Shown here piece after piece: positions 34,496 to 43,985 of a stretch of DNA of 44,975 nt. The notes beneath the pieces are model-generated. The model was not told the DNA's origin, ran no database searches, and worked only from the letters and a program-made list of their open reading frames with translations. The stretch is taken from UHGV virus genome UHGV-0285350. One strand, given 5' to 3'. Position 1 is the first letter of the stretch. Each line of letters starts with the position of its first letter. The position numbers and the translations under genes were made by a program. Source of the DNA: a virus.

Positions 34496-34927
34496 ATGTC
34501 TTACGCCACACCGGAACAGTTCATCAGGGCATTCAGTGAACGCGAGGCACGCACACTGACGGATGAAGACATGACGGGATTCATCGACGAAGAAAAACTG
34601 GCCTCCGCGCTTGCGCGCGCCAGTGCCCAGATTGATGGCTATCTGGTGGGGCGTTACCGGACCCCGTGGCCTGACAGCCCGGGGATTCTGGTGGGTTACT
34701 GCTGCGATATCGCCCGCTATCACCTGGCGACCGATTACCGTATCTGCTCAGAAGAAATTCAGATGCGCTACCGGGACGCCATCCGCTTTCTGGAGAAAGT
34801 CGCGGCAGGACAAATCAACCTCGGGCGGGATACGTCCGGCAGCGTGATCCAGTCATCGTCACAGGTGCGTATCCGCTCCGGCTCCCGTCAGTTCGGGCGT
34901 GAGTCCACGCGGGGAGGTGCATTCTGA
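34496..34927 (+). CDS. Mu gp36-like protein (DUF1320)
   Basis: N-terminus MSYATPEQFIRAFSEREARTLTDED typical of gp36/DUF1320. Confidence 0.7.
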   Translation: MSYATPEQFIRAFSEREARTLTDEDMTGFIDEEKLASALARASAQIDGYLVGRYRTPWPDSPGILVGYCCDIARYHLATDYRICSEEIQMRYRDAIRFLEKVAAGQINLGRDTSGSVIQSSSQVRIRSGSRQFGRESTRGGAF

Positions 34928-34980
34928 TTACTGAAATTGAACGGGCGCTGGTTGAGCGTCTGCGCTGTGGTCTGGGGCAT

Positions 34981-35571
34981 ATGGTGCAGGATGTCCGCAC
35001 CTATGCCGGTGAACTGGATGAAGACCCGGGCCGGATCGTTCGCAGCCTTCCGGCAGCCTGGGTGACGTTCGGCGGCATCGTGAAAACCGAGCGCTATTCC
35101 ACGTCACGCCAGAAATACATTGCTACAGGACGCTTTGTGGTTGTGGTGGGTGATTACAACACCCGCAGCGAACAGAGCGCCAGACAGGGAGGCACCGTCC
35201 GGGATGAAGTCGGGACAAACCTGCTGGTTGAATCCGTCCGTCGCCTGCTGACCGGTCAGGATTTGGGGCTGGAGATTGATTATTTCGAACCCGGGCGGGT
35301 CAGGACGCTGTTTAACACCGGCGTGGCAGAGCGGGCAATGTCCGTGTTTGCCTGTGAGTTCGATACCCGCTGGGTGGAGCACGCGCTGGAGAACGGCAAA
35401 TGGCCGGAGCGTGGCGCAGAAACGGATATGGCTTTCAACCGTTACCACGGCAGGCTGTCAGACCCTGACCCGGATTTTCTGCGGGCCGGGCTGGACTGTA
35501 CGTCCGGCGTCATCACAGTGTCAGACCTGATTGAACTGAGGAAACAGAAACATGACCAGCATGAAAGTTAA
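34981..35571 (+). CDS. Mu gp37-like protein (DUF1834)
   Basis: Position and pattern; frame is open upstream to the previous stop (ITEIERALVERL...), so the true start may be a non-ATG codon near 34927. Confidence 0.6.
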   Translation: MVQDVRTYAGELDEDPGRIVRSLPAAWVTFGGIVKTERYSTSRQKYIATGRFVVVVGDYNTRSEQSARQGGTVRDEVGTNLLVESVRRLLTGQDLGLEIDYFEPGRVRTLFNTGVAERAMSVFACEFDTRWVEHALENGKWPERGAETDMAFNRYHGRLSDPDPDFLRAGLDCTSGVITVSDLIELRKQKHDQHES

Positions 35572-35785
35572 GGCGGCTCCCGGGATGAAGTTCCCGATGG
35601 AGGATAACGCCCGGAAATACATCACCACGGAAGCGGTGACCGTTGAGAACACCGCTTATTACCGACACGCCGTTCAGGACGGTGACCTGATTCTGGTAAC
35701 TGAAGAGCCTGAAACGGCAGAACAGGATACCGGACCAGAAAAAACGAAGGTGAAGAAAGAGAAACAGGTGGATTCCGATGAGTGA
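35552..35785 (+). CDS. small protein preceding sheath (Mu gp38 position)
   Basis: 77 aa, overlaps neighbours. Confidence 0.5.
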   Translation: MTSMKVKAAPGMKFPMEDNARKYITTEAVTVENTAYYRHAVQDGDLILVTEEPETAEQDTGPEKTKVKKEKQVDSDE

Positions 35786-37199
35786 AATTCAGTTTGACAC
35801 CATTCAGAGTGGTATCCGTAAGCCCGGTGTGCATTTTGAGTTTAATACCCGGCTGGCCGTTAACACGCTGCCGGGTAATGAACAGCGTGTTCTGGTGATT
35901 GGCCCGATGCTGTCAGGCGGCACCGCCACGCCCCTGAATGCCGTCTCCGTGTATTCCGAAGACGAAGCGGATTTGTATTTCGGGGCCGGTTCTCTGGCCG
36001 CAGCAATGGCACGCGCGGCCATTAACGCCAACAGCTATCTGCAACTGGATGTTATCGGTATTGCAGACAGTGGCGCAGGAAAGGCGGCAACCGGCGCAGT
36101 TACCGTCAGTGGCACGGCAACCAGCAGCGGCACGCTGTCGGTATGGGTTGCCGGTGAGCAGGTCACGGTGGATGTGGATACCGGTGATGAACCAGCAAAA
36201 ATCATTCCGGCACTGGTGACGGCAATGACGCAGACGCCATCGCTTCTGGTTACGGGGGAATACAAATCGGAAACCTCTCAGCTGACGGTGACCACCCGGA
36301 CCAAAGGAGCCTGGGGGAATGGCATTACCCTGTCAGCGTCCACCACGGCAGGCGGTCTGACCGTGAGCACCACGGCAATGGCGAACGGCGAAATGGACCC
36401 GGATATTCAGCCCGCACTGGATGCGGTCTTTGCTGCCGGTCACAACATTCTGATTTGTCCGTTCAGTACCACGCCAGCCCTTGCCGCCCTGAAGCAGCAT
36501 CTGGAGAAAACCGGGAACGCGATGGAACAGCGTGGCGCGATTGGCTGTGCGGGCTGGACGGGTAGTCTCGGAAACGGGATCACCCTGGCAGCCGGTGTGA
36601 ACAGCGGGCGCGTGTCCGTCCCCTGGTATCGCGGCTCCGTGAAGCTGCCAGCGGTGCTGGCCGCCATCTACGGCGCTGTGATGGCGGGCGAGGAAGACCC
36701 GGCGCGTCCGCTGAACTCGCTGGCACTGTCCGGGCTGGATGTGGTCGCCATGTCACAGCGTGAAAGCCGTAACGAGCAGGAAAACGCCCTGCATAATGGC
36801 CTGACGCCGGTTGAGGTTGGCCCGGGTAACACGGTACAGATTGTGCGTGCGGTCAGTACGTACACGGTTAACGCACAGGGCGTGACTGACGTCTCGTTAC
36901 TGGATATCACGTCCATCAGAACGCTGGACTACACCCGCAAGGCGTGCCGCGAACGCATCAGCCTTCGCTTCCCGCGCGAAAAACTCAGCACCCGTACTAT
37001 CGCAAAAGTGGAAAGCGAACTGTATGACGTGCTGATTAAGCTGGAGGAAGCGGAGATTCTGGAGAACGTGGAAGCGAACAAGGCAAAGCTGCGCGTTCAG
37101 CGAAACGGGAAAGATGCAAACCGTCTCGACTGCGTGGTTCCGGCGGATGTGGTTAACGGCCTGCATGTGTTTGCCGGTCGCATCGACATGATTTTGTAA
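35778..37199 (+). CDS. tail sheath protein
   Basis: 473 aa, followed by small tube gene; position and size typical of contractile-tail sheath. Confidence 0.8.
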   Translation: MSEIQFDTIQSGIRKPGVHFEFNTRLAVNTLPGNEQRVLVIGPMLSGGTATPLNAVSVYSEDEADLYFGAGSLAAAMARAAINANSYLQLDVIGIADSGAGKAATGAVTVSGTATSSGTLSVWVAGEQVTVDVDTGDEPAKIIPALVTAMTQTPSLLVTGEYKSETSQLTVTTRTKGAWGNGITLSASTTAGGLTVSTTAMANGEMDPDIQPALDAVFAAGHNILICPFSTTPALAALKQHLEKTGNAMEQRGAIGCAGWTGSLGNGITLAAGVNSGRVSVPWYRGSVKLPAVLAAIYGAVMAGEEDPARPLNSLALSGLDVVAMSQRESRNEQENALHNGLTPVEVGPGNTVQIVRAVSTYTVNAQGVTDVSLLDITSIRTLDYTRKACRERISLRFPREKLSTRTIAKVESELYDVLIKLEEAEILENVEANKAKLRVQRNGKDANRLDCVVPADVVNGLHVFAGRIDMIL

Positions 37200-37211
37200 G
37201 GAGCGCGGTAA

Positions 37212-37586
37212 ATGTCCATTAAAGAATATGTCGGCTCGATTGTGCTGGAGGTGGACAGCCAGGAAATCGAGATCACCGACTTCGATGTTCAGATCAACAC
37301 CGGGCGAAAGCTGGTCAAGACCATGAACAAAACCGGCAGGGCCAAAGGCTTTGCCCGTGGCATTGCCACTTACGATATTTCTGTTTCGGCGGTTATCCCT
37401 GATACCAACGAGCCGGACTGGGAAAATCTGGAAGGTGTGAAAATCTCAATTTATCCGCTCAGCAACAGCGGCAAGCGCACCTCCTATCTGGACTGCTTCA
37501 CAGCTGAAGTTGGTGAGAAATACACCGTCGACAGTGAAGCGAAAATTGATATCAAAATGGCTGCACTCAGGAAGGTGACAGGATGA
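37212..37586 (+). CDS. tail tube protein
   Basis: 124 aa immediately after sheath. Confidence 0.75.
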   Translation: MSIKEYVGSIVLEVDSQEIEITDFDVQINTGRKLVKTMNKTGRAKGFARGIATYDISVSAVIPDTNEPDWENLEGVKISIYPLSNSGKRTSYLDCFTAEVGEKYTVDSEAKIDIKMAALRKVTG

Positions 37587-37966
37587 CTTTGATTAATACA
37601 CAGACCGGCGAACTGTCTGATGGCGTGGTATTTAACGGCACCGTTCATAAAAACTTTGAGCTGCGTCTGCCGGTCATGCGTGATAACGGACAGGCACTGG
37701 AAGAAACTGAAGAACGCTTTCAGACGGTGGACGGCTTCGCGGCGGATTATTACTACCGCTGTGCGGTGATGGCGGCAACGCTGGTCCGTCTGGGGGATAT
37801 TCCGCAGGAAGAACTGACGGCGGAGCTGTTGCACGACAACATGACGCCGGACGATTTTAATATTCTGCTGGCATCACGCAACGTCCTGAAGGTAAAGCGG
37901 AACGGCGGGAATCCCGGCTCGCCGGACTCCGGCTCGCAGTCCTCATCCTCGGGCGCTACGGAATAA
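37583..37966 (+). CDS. tail assembly chaperone
   Basis: 127 aa between tube and tape measure; -1 frame stays open across its 3' end (see 37981..38139). Confidence 0.65.
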   Translation: MTLINTQTGELSDGVVFNGTVHKNFELRLPVMRDNGQALEETEERFQTVDGFAADYYYRCAVMAATLVRLGDIPQEELTAELLHDNMTPDDFNILLASRNVLKVKRNGGNPGSPDSGSQSSSSGATE

Positions 37967-37980
37967 CCGAAGAGCAAATC

Positions 37981-38139
37981 ATGACCATGAGCCGTCCCGA
38001 GCTGGACGGCTGGCTTGCCGCCGTTGACAGACTGAACGGCGGCGGCTCAGGAAGGAAGGACACCTCACAGACCACCCGCCAGTCATTTAAATCCCTCAGA
38101 AAGAAACGCAGAAAAGGTAAGCAGAAAAATGGCCGGTAA
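37981..38139 (+). CDS. ORF in -1 frame relative to chaperone; probable frameshift extension or small independent gene
   Basis: -1 frame is open from about 37861 to stop at 38137-38139, overlapping the chaperone stop (37966) and the tape-measure start (38129); ATG at 37981. Confidence 0.4.
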   Translation: MTMSRPELDGWLAAVDRLNGGGSGRKDTSQTTRQSFKSLRKKRRKGKQKNGR

Positions 38140-40402
38140 TTTCAAAGTTGGCATGACCCTGACTGCGAAGGACGAAGCCTCGCAGGTTCTGGAAAAGGGA
38201 CAAAAACAGGTTATCAAAGCCACCGAAGGTGTAACAAAGGCAACCCGGAAGGCAGGCGCAGAGCAGAAGCGTACCGAGCAGGAAAGCGTTAACAGCACGA
38301 AAAAGGCCGCAAAAGAGATACAGCGTGCCGCCCGTGCCCGGGAAACGCTCGGTATTCGTGCAGAACGCGAGATCCGGCGTGAAATTTATCAGACGGTTGC
38401 CAGCTATAACCGTCTGGCCCGCGCCGGTTTTGAATCTGCGCAGGAGCAGGAACGTGCCATGCAGGCCACCCGGGAAAAAGCCCGGGCACTCAAGCGTGAA
38501 CTGGATGGCGTCACTCAGGCTCAGATGAAGATGGCGAAAACGCCCGTTATCCCTGAACCGGGGCGTTTTGCCCGTGCGGCTGCATTTGGCGGGAATGCCG
38601 TGACAACAGGTGGTGGTATTGCGGCAGGTGCTGCCATTATGGCGCAGCCGGTCAAAAAGCAGATGAGCTACGAACGCCAGCTGGCAATGATGGCCAATAC
38701 CGCCTTCAGTGATGGCGGGCTGGAGGGACGCAAAGCCGGTCTTGAGCAGATGAAAAGCAGCATCCGTAACGCGGTGACCTATGGTGGCGGCACAAAAGAG
38801 GATGCAGCCGAAACACTGGATGCCCTGCTGAAAGATGGCGGTATTTCATTTGACACAGCCAGCAAGTGGCTACCTGAACTGATGAAATACGCCACGGCTT
38901 CTGGTGCATCAGCGACAGACCTGGCTAATGTGATGCTTAAGGGCAAAAAGACCTTTGGATTCCGGGATGAAGATATTTCCACTGTCCTGAATATGGCGAT
39001 TGCGGCAGGAAAAGAAGGCAGCTTTGAACTGAACGATATGGCCCGCTGGTTATCCCAACAAATGGGATCTGCGTCAGCTGCGGGAATGAAAGGCAAGGAT
39101 GATTTCGTCAAGATTCTTGCGCTGAATGAAGCCGCCGCGATCACGGCTGGTAGCAGTGATGAAGCAGGGAATAACGTGGTTAACCTGCTGGCTAAACTGA
39201 CCAGCCATGATATTGAAACTGCGGCAAAGAGCATTGATTACAACGGTAAAGGGATTGATTTTTCAGGTACGCTGACTGAAGCGCGCAAGCATGGACTGGA
39301 TCCGATAGACGCGCTTTCCAGCCTGATAGATAAAATCGTTGCCAGCGATAAACGCTATCAGGAGTTGCAAAAGAAACTGTCATCTGCCCGGAATAAAGGT
39401 GAACAGACGGCTGTTTACGATTCGATGGCAAAACTCCTTGAAGGCTTTGGTGTCGGGAAACTGGTTGCAGACCGTCAGGCGTTGATGGCGTTGTTAGCCT
39501 ACCGTAACAACCCGGAATACCGTAAGAAGGTTGAAGACGCGATTAATCAGCAACGTACCCTGCCGGAAGGCCAGCGCGCGGGGGATGTTGATTTCAGATT
39601 CATATCCGGCCTCAATGATTTTAAAACCGAACAGGCTAAAAACACACTTGAATTTTCACAAATGGACAGCGTGAAAAAGCTGGCTGATGCGTCCGGTACT
39701 GTGGCCGATGCCATAAGCTGGGCGGGTGAAAAGTTTCCGGGGCTGACCACGGCAGTGGTGGGTGCCACGACTGCGATTGAAGCGATGACCGCAGCGGCTC
39801 TGACATGGGCCGGGATCAAAATCCTGACCGGGGGTAAACCTGGTGGCAAGGCTGGCGAGGTTGTCGGTGATGTCATTGAAAACACGGTCAAAAAAGGCAA
39901 AGGATTTAAAATCCCCGGCATTGCCGGTAGCCTGCTTTCTTTCGGTGGCACCGTTACGGCACTGGCCACCGCAACCAGCCCGGAAGAAGACGCCGCCGTC
40001 GAAGGAAGCGAAGAACGCTGGAAGCGCATCCGTGCCCGATACCCCCAGGAAATCATCGACGCTGCCCGTAAAAAATACCAGCCGTGGTGGCAGTTTGGGG
40101 AAGGCTACTCCACCGAAAACGAAGAGTGGTTGAGGCGCTGGGAGGAAGACAGGAAAAAAGCCGCAGCTGATGCCCTGCCATCACCGGCGCAGGTCAACAA
40201 AGCCGCCGGAAACACAACGCCTGAATCAGCATCAACGCAACCCGGACGCATCACCCAGCCGGAATACCTCACGCACTGGGGACCACCTGCCAGTCCCATA
40301 AATTTCACCACACAACTGGTGCTTGATGGTCAGGTCGTGGCGGAAGCGGTGAATAAATACAACCTTCAGGATGGTAACAGAGGCACGGGAGGAACTTACT
40401 GA
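38129..40402 (+). CDS. tail tape measure protein
   Basis: 757 aa, Ala/Gly/Lys-rich, long helical regions, C-terminal Gly-rich segments; position after chaperone. Confidence 0.85.
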   Translation: MAGNFKVGMTLTAKDEASQVLEKGQKQVIKATEGVTKATRKAGAEQKRTEQESVNSTKKAAKEIQRAARARETLGIRAEREIRREIYQTVASYNRLARAGFESAQEQERAMQATREKARALKRELDGVTQAQMKMAKTPVIPEPGRFARAAAFGGNAVTTGGGIAAGAAIMAQPVKKQMSYERQLAMMANTAFSDGGLEGRKAGLEQMKSSIRNAVTYGGGTKEDAAETLDALLKDGGISFDTASKWLPELMKYATASGASATDLANVMLKGKKTFGFRDEDISTVLNMAIAAGKEGSFELNDMARWLSQQMGSASAAGMKGKDDFVKILALNEAAAITAGSSDEAGNNVVNLLAKLTSHDIETAAKSIDYNGKGIDFSGTLTEARKHGLDPIDALSSLIDKIVASDKRYQELQKKLSSARNKGEQTAVYDSMAKLLEGFGVGKLVADRQALMALLAYRNNPEYRKKVEDAINQQRTLPEGQRAGDVDFRFISGLNDFKTEQAKNTLEFSQMDSVKKLADASGTVADAISWAGEKFPGLTTAVVGATTAIEAMTAAALTWAGIKILTGGKPGGKAGEVVGDVIENTVKKGKGFKIPGIAGSLLSFGGTVTALATATSPEEDAAVEGSEERWKRIRARYPQEIIDAARKKYQPWWQFGEGYSTENEEWLRRWEEDRKKAAADALPSPAQVNKAAGNTTPESASTQPGRITQPEYLTHWGPPASPINFTTQLVLDGQVVAEAVNKYNLQDGNRGTGGTY

Positions 40403-41751
40403 TGGGCTGGGCTGAAAACCTGCAAAACGCCTCCTTTCGCGGTGTGCAGTTTGAGGTGCTGAATACTGACGAACAAATCAGCCGCGACCATGCGGTCTAT
40501 GAATACCCTTTTGTTGACGGGGCAGATTTGCACGACCTCGGACGCAAGGCGCGACCGTTCCGCATGACGGCGTTCCTGTGGGGCGATGACTATGAATATA
40601 AACTCGGAAAACTGACCGCCGTCCTGGATAAAGGCGGCGATGGTGAACTGATTCATCCGGTTTATGGCTCTGTGCCGTCGGTGATTGTGACCGGCTACAG
40701 CATCCGCCATGACGCAGAAAGCCCGGACAGCTGCACCATTGACATGAGTTTTCTGGAGAACCGCACCGGCAGCGCGTTGTTCAGCACCCCGTTACCGGAG
40801 CTGTTCGCGCAACAGTTGTTTGATGAACTGGATGCTTTACAGACACAGTTAAGCGAATTTTTTGACGCTGTTACGTCCCCTTTAAAGACCATTAACAGCG
40901 TGATTAAAAAAATCCAGACGGTGCGTGCCACGCTGGTGAATACCCTGCTGACGTTCAAAAGTGATTCATTCTCCACAGTCGATAATGTTGTGTCACTGGC
41001 CAGCGAACCCGGAAAGTTTATCGGCGGGCTGGCAGAGGTGCTGGAAATCCACACGTCAGATGTCGGGCACGCGGTGCCGGTGCTGGCGCGTACTGATTCC
41101 GCCACCACGACCGGACTGACCGGAGAAGACAGCGTCGCCAGTTCTGCGACCGTGATGACCTGCTGGAATGAGGTGATGGCTGATATGGATGAGCTGGTCG
41201 CGCTGCCGGTCGCACTGGTCAGCGGTGATAAAACGCCGTCTGTGGCACTTCCGCCGGATGCGTCCGTGGAAGACGTGCAGGACGTGAAAGCGGCTTATGC
41301 GGTTCTGGCGGCCTCAGAGCTGGCCAGCGTGGCAACAGCGATACTGTCCGATGAGGCCCAGTCAGAACAGCTTATACCGGCGGATATCGGGCGACTGGTC
41401 GGGGATGTGCGCACCCGCTTACAGGCAGCCATTACGCTGTTCCGTGAGCGCTATGAAGGCGAACGTGAACGGATAACCGAAACCGCATCACCGCTGGGGC
41501 TGATGTACCCGGAAATCATTCAGAGCATGAAGAACGTGGCGGCATCCGTGCAGGATGTTGGCCTGCTGGTTCTGTCACGCCGCCCACCGCTGACGCAGAA
41601 ACAGGTGCAGGCGGACAGCTGTCTGCTGTTGCTGGCGTGGCAGTGGTACGGTGATTACAGCCGTGCGGCAGAGCTGCAACGTCTGAACCCGCAGCTGCGT
41701 GACCCGAACAACATAACCGCCGGGATGGTGATTAATGCCTACGCAAAATAA
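40402..41751 (+). CDS. DNA circulation protein (Mu N-like)
   Basis: 449 aa directly after tape measure; N-terminus MGWAENLQNASFRGVQFEVL... Confidence 0.75.
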   Translation: MGWAENLQNASFRGVQFEVLNTDEQISRDHAVYEYPFVDGADLHDLGRKARPFRMTAFLWGDDYEYKLGKLTAVLDKGGDGELIHPVYGSVPSVIVTGYSIRHDAESPDSCTIDMSFLENRTGSALFSTPLPELFAQQLFDELDALQTQLSEFFDAVTSPLKTINSVIKKIQTVRATLVNTLLTFKSDSFSTVDNVVSLASEPGKFIGGLAEVLEIHTSDVGHAVPVLARTDSATTTGLTGEDSVASSATVMTCWNEVMADMDELVALPVALVSGDKTPSVALPPDASVEDVQDVKAAYAVLAASELASVATAILSDEAQSEQLIPADIGRLVGDVRTRLQAAITLFRERYEGERERITETASPLGLMYPEIIQSMKNVAASVQDVGLLVLSRRPPLTQKQVQADSCLLLLAWQWYGDYSRAAELQRLNPQLRDPNNITAGMVINAYAK

Positions 41752-42931
41752 CGAAGACAAAATCAGCCTGGTCATTGCCGGAAGGTCGCATTCTGACTGG
41801 AGCAGTTATCGTATTGACAGCGATTTCCTGAAAGCCGCCGACGGCTGGCACCTTCAGCTGGGACTGCCTGAAAAGGTGTTCCCGGCGGATATCGTCCGGG
41901 GTGCGCCGGTCCGTTTGCAGGTGGGAGACGAGACGGTGCTCAGTGGTCGCGTTGACAGCGTGCGCCGCAGTGTATCCCGTCAGAGCTGCACGCTGACCCT
42001 GTCCGGGCGTGATGATGCCGCCATCCTGGTGGACTGTGCCGCACCGGTGTTCAGCGCCAACCAGCTGACGCTGGACGAGGTCATTGACAGGATTGTCAGA
42101 CCGCTGGGGATACAGCGCATCCGCATTCAGGCATCCGGTGTGTCACGTAATGACAAAGTCGTTATTGAGCCGGGGATGCGTGCGTGGGATGCACTGGCCA
42201 AAGCTGCCGCCGGTCGCGGCTTATGGCCGTGGTTTGAGCCTGACGGGACGCTGGTTGTGGGTGGCCCTGACTACACCACCACGCCGGTGGATACGCTGAT
42301 TCTGAAGCTGAACGGCACCGGGAACAACGTGATGGAGCTGGACGATACCCGGTCCATTAACGGCTGTTTCTCCGAACTTACTGTGCTGGCCCAGAGCCAC
42401 GCCCGCCGCGCAGACAGCAAGAAACCGGTGGCCGTGGTGCCGCTGGATATCTGGAACGAGGACGGCAGCGTGCGCACATTGTCCGGGCAGGACAGCGGTA
42501 ATACGGACAGTGGCCAGACAGGCATTCATAACATGAAAGCCGTGGCCACCGACCCCACCGTGGATTATTATCGCCCGCAGATTATCACCCAGGGCGACAC
42601 CAGCAATCTGGAGCAGGTGAGCTGGCGCGCAAAAAAAATGATGAGTGATGCCCGCCTGTCGGGGCTGGATATCGTCGCACTGGTTGCAGGTCATCGCACG
42701 GCAGATGGTGTTCTGTGGCAGCCCGGCCAGCGGGTGCGGATTGTCAGCGAACTCCACGGCATTGATGCCATATTTTTCCTGATGGGGCGTGAGTTCAGCG
42801 GAGGCCGGAACGGGCAGACAACCCGGCTTCGCTTTAAGGAGGACGGCGTGTGGATACCTGACGCCTTCCCGCGCGAGAAGAAACGCCATCACCGCAGGGG
42901 CGTCGCCATTGTTAAGGTCTGGGAGAAATGA
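41735..42931 (+). CDS. baseplate hub / late-control-D-family tail protein (Mu P-like)
   Basis: 398 aa, position between N and spike. Confidence 0.75.
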   Translation: MPTQNNEDKISLVIAGRSHSDWSSYRIDSDFLKAADGWHLQLGLPEKVFPADIVRGAPVRLQVGDETVLSGRVDSVRRSVSRQSCTLTLSGRDDAAILVDCAAPVFSANQLTLDEVIDRIVRPLGIQRIRIQASGVSRNDKVVIEPGMRAWDALAKAAAGRGLWPWFEPDGTLVVGGPDYTTTPVDTLILKLNGTGNNVMELDDTRSINGCFSELTVLAQSHARRADSKKPVAVVPLDIWNEDGSVRTLSGQDSGNTDSGQTGIHNMKAVATDPTVDYYRPQIITQGDTSNLEQVSWRAKKMMSDARLSGLDIVALVAGHRTADGVLWQPGQRVRIVSELHGIDAIFFLMGREFSGGRNGQTTRLRFKEDGVWIPDAFPREKKRHHRRGVAIVKVWEK

Positions 42932-43581
42932 TGTGGGACAAGGTTAATCAGCGCGTACAGCAGGCACTGGCCGCCGTTCGCCAGGCATTCAGGGTGGTGA
43001 CCGGTACGGTGGACAGTTCGACCAAAGTACAGCTACTTCAGCTGAACGGGCTGGCAGGCGAACAGCTGGATGGTGCGGAGTATTTTCAGCATTACGGCCT
43101 CACCACATCCCCGCCGCCCGGCTCAATGGGTATTGCCGTTCCGCTGAATGGCAATACCTCCCATACCGTCATCGTGGCCACAGAGCACGGCGCATATCGC
43201 CTGACGGAACTGAAACCCGGGGAAGTGGCCCTGTATACCGATGAAGGCGCGAAAATCGTACTGAAGCGCGGACGGGTTATTGAGCATGAATGTGACGTTT
43301 ATCGCGTGAAATGCAAACGCTACGAGGTTGAGGCAGAGGAGAACGCCGCGTTCACGACACCGTTACTGACAGCCAGTGACAGGCTGACGGTGGAAGGTAA
43401 AATCACCGGCAACGGTGGCATGGCCATCAGTGGGGGCAAGAAATACGCCGCCACCTTTGAAGGCAACATCAACCATGTGGGTGGTGTGATTACCTCCGTT
43501 GACGTCACCATTAATGGCGTTAAAATCGGAACGCACAAACACCCGACCCCACACGGCATGTCTGACACGCCGGTTAATTAA
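42928..43581 (+). CDS. baseplate spike protein (Mu gp45 / gpV-like)
   Basis: 217 aa; N-terminal OB-fold-like region; C-terminal HKHPTPHG resembles the His-rich spike apex motif. Confidence 0.75.
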   Translation: MMWDKVNQRVQQALAAVRQAFRVVTGTVDSSTKVQLLQLNGLAGEQLDGAEYFQHYGLTTSPPPGSMGIAVPLNGNTSHTVIVATEHGAYRLTELKPGEVALYTDEGAKIVLKRGRVIEHECDVYRVKCKRYEVEAEENAAFTTPLLTASDRLTVEGKITGNGGMAISGGKKYAATFEGNINHVGGVITSVDVTINGVKIGTHKHPTPHGMSDTPVN

Positions 43582-43634
43582 GTGCTGAACACCCTCACCT
43601 GATTCTTACCTGTCCATGCTGCCAGACTGGCGGC

Positions 43635-43985
43635 ATGGACCAGACGATTTCACCTGCAACCGGCGACTACGAACGCCGCCGGATTTATACACTCCATAAC
43701 GCGGTTTATCTGCGACTGGCGACACCGCTTGGCAGTTACTGGGCGGATGCGTCGCTGGGGTCACGCCTGCACGAACTGAAGCGGGAAAAAGACGTTTCCC
43801 GTGTTCACAGGCTGGCGGCGCAGTATGCCAGCCAGGCACTTCAGCCACTGCTTGATGACGGGCGGGCGACAGCAATTACCGTTGACACGAAAGCGGGCCA
43901 GCGCGGCTGGCTGTTGCTGTTAATCACCGTCACGGATAACGCGGGCACACCGCAGACGTTTGAACACCCTGTGAGGATTATGTAA
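43635..43985 (+). CDS. baseplate protein (Mu gp46 / gp25-like)
   Basis: 116 aa after spike. Confidence 0.7.
   Translation: MDQTISPATGDYERRRIYTLHNAVYLRLATPLGSYWADASLGSRLHELKREKDVSRVHRLAAQYASQALQPLLDDGRATAITVDTKAGQRGWLLLLITVTDNAGTPQTFEHPVRIM

Noticed and set aside
30992-34723. Minus-strand ORFs (30992..31681, 33573..34157, 34100..34723) inside the head gene block
   Set aside because: Antisense to a contiguous, translationally coupled head operon; no independent support.
40695-42892. Minus-strand ORFs (40695..41108, 42221..42892) inside tail genes N and P
   Set aside because: Antisense shadow ORFs within well-supported baseplate genes.
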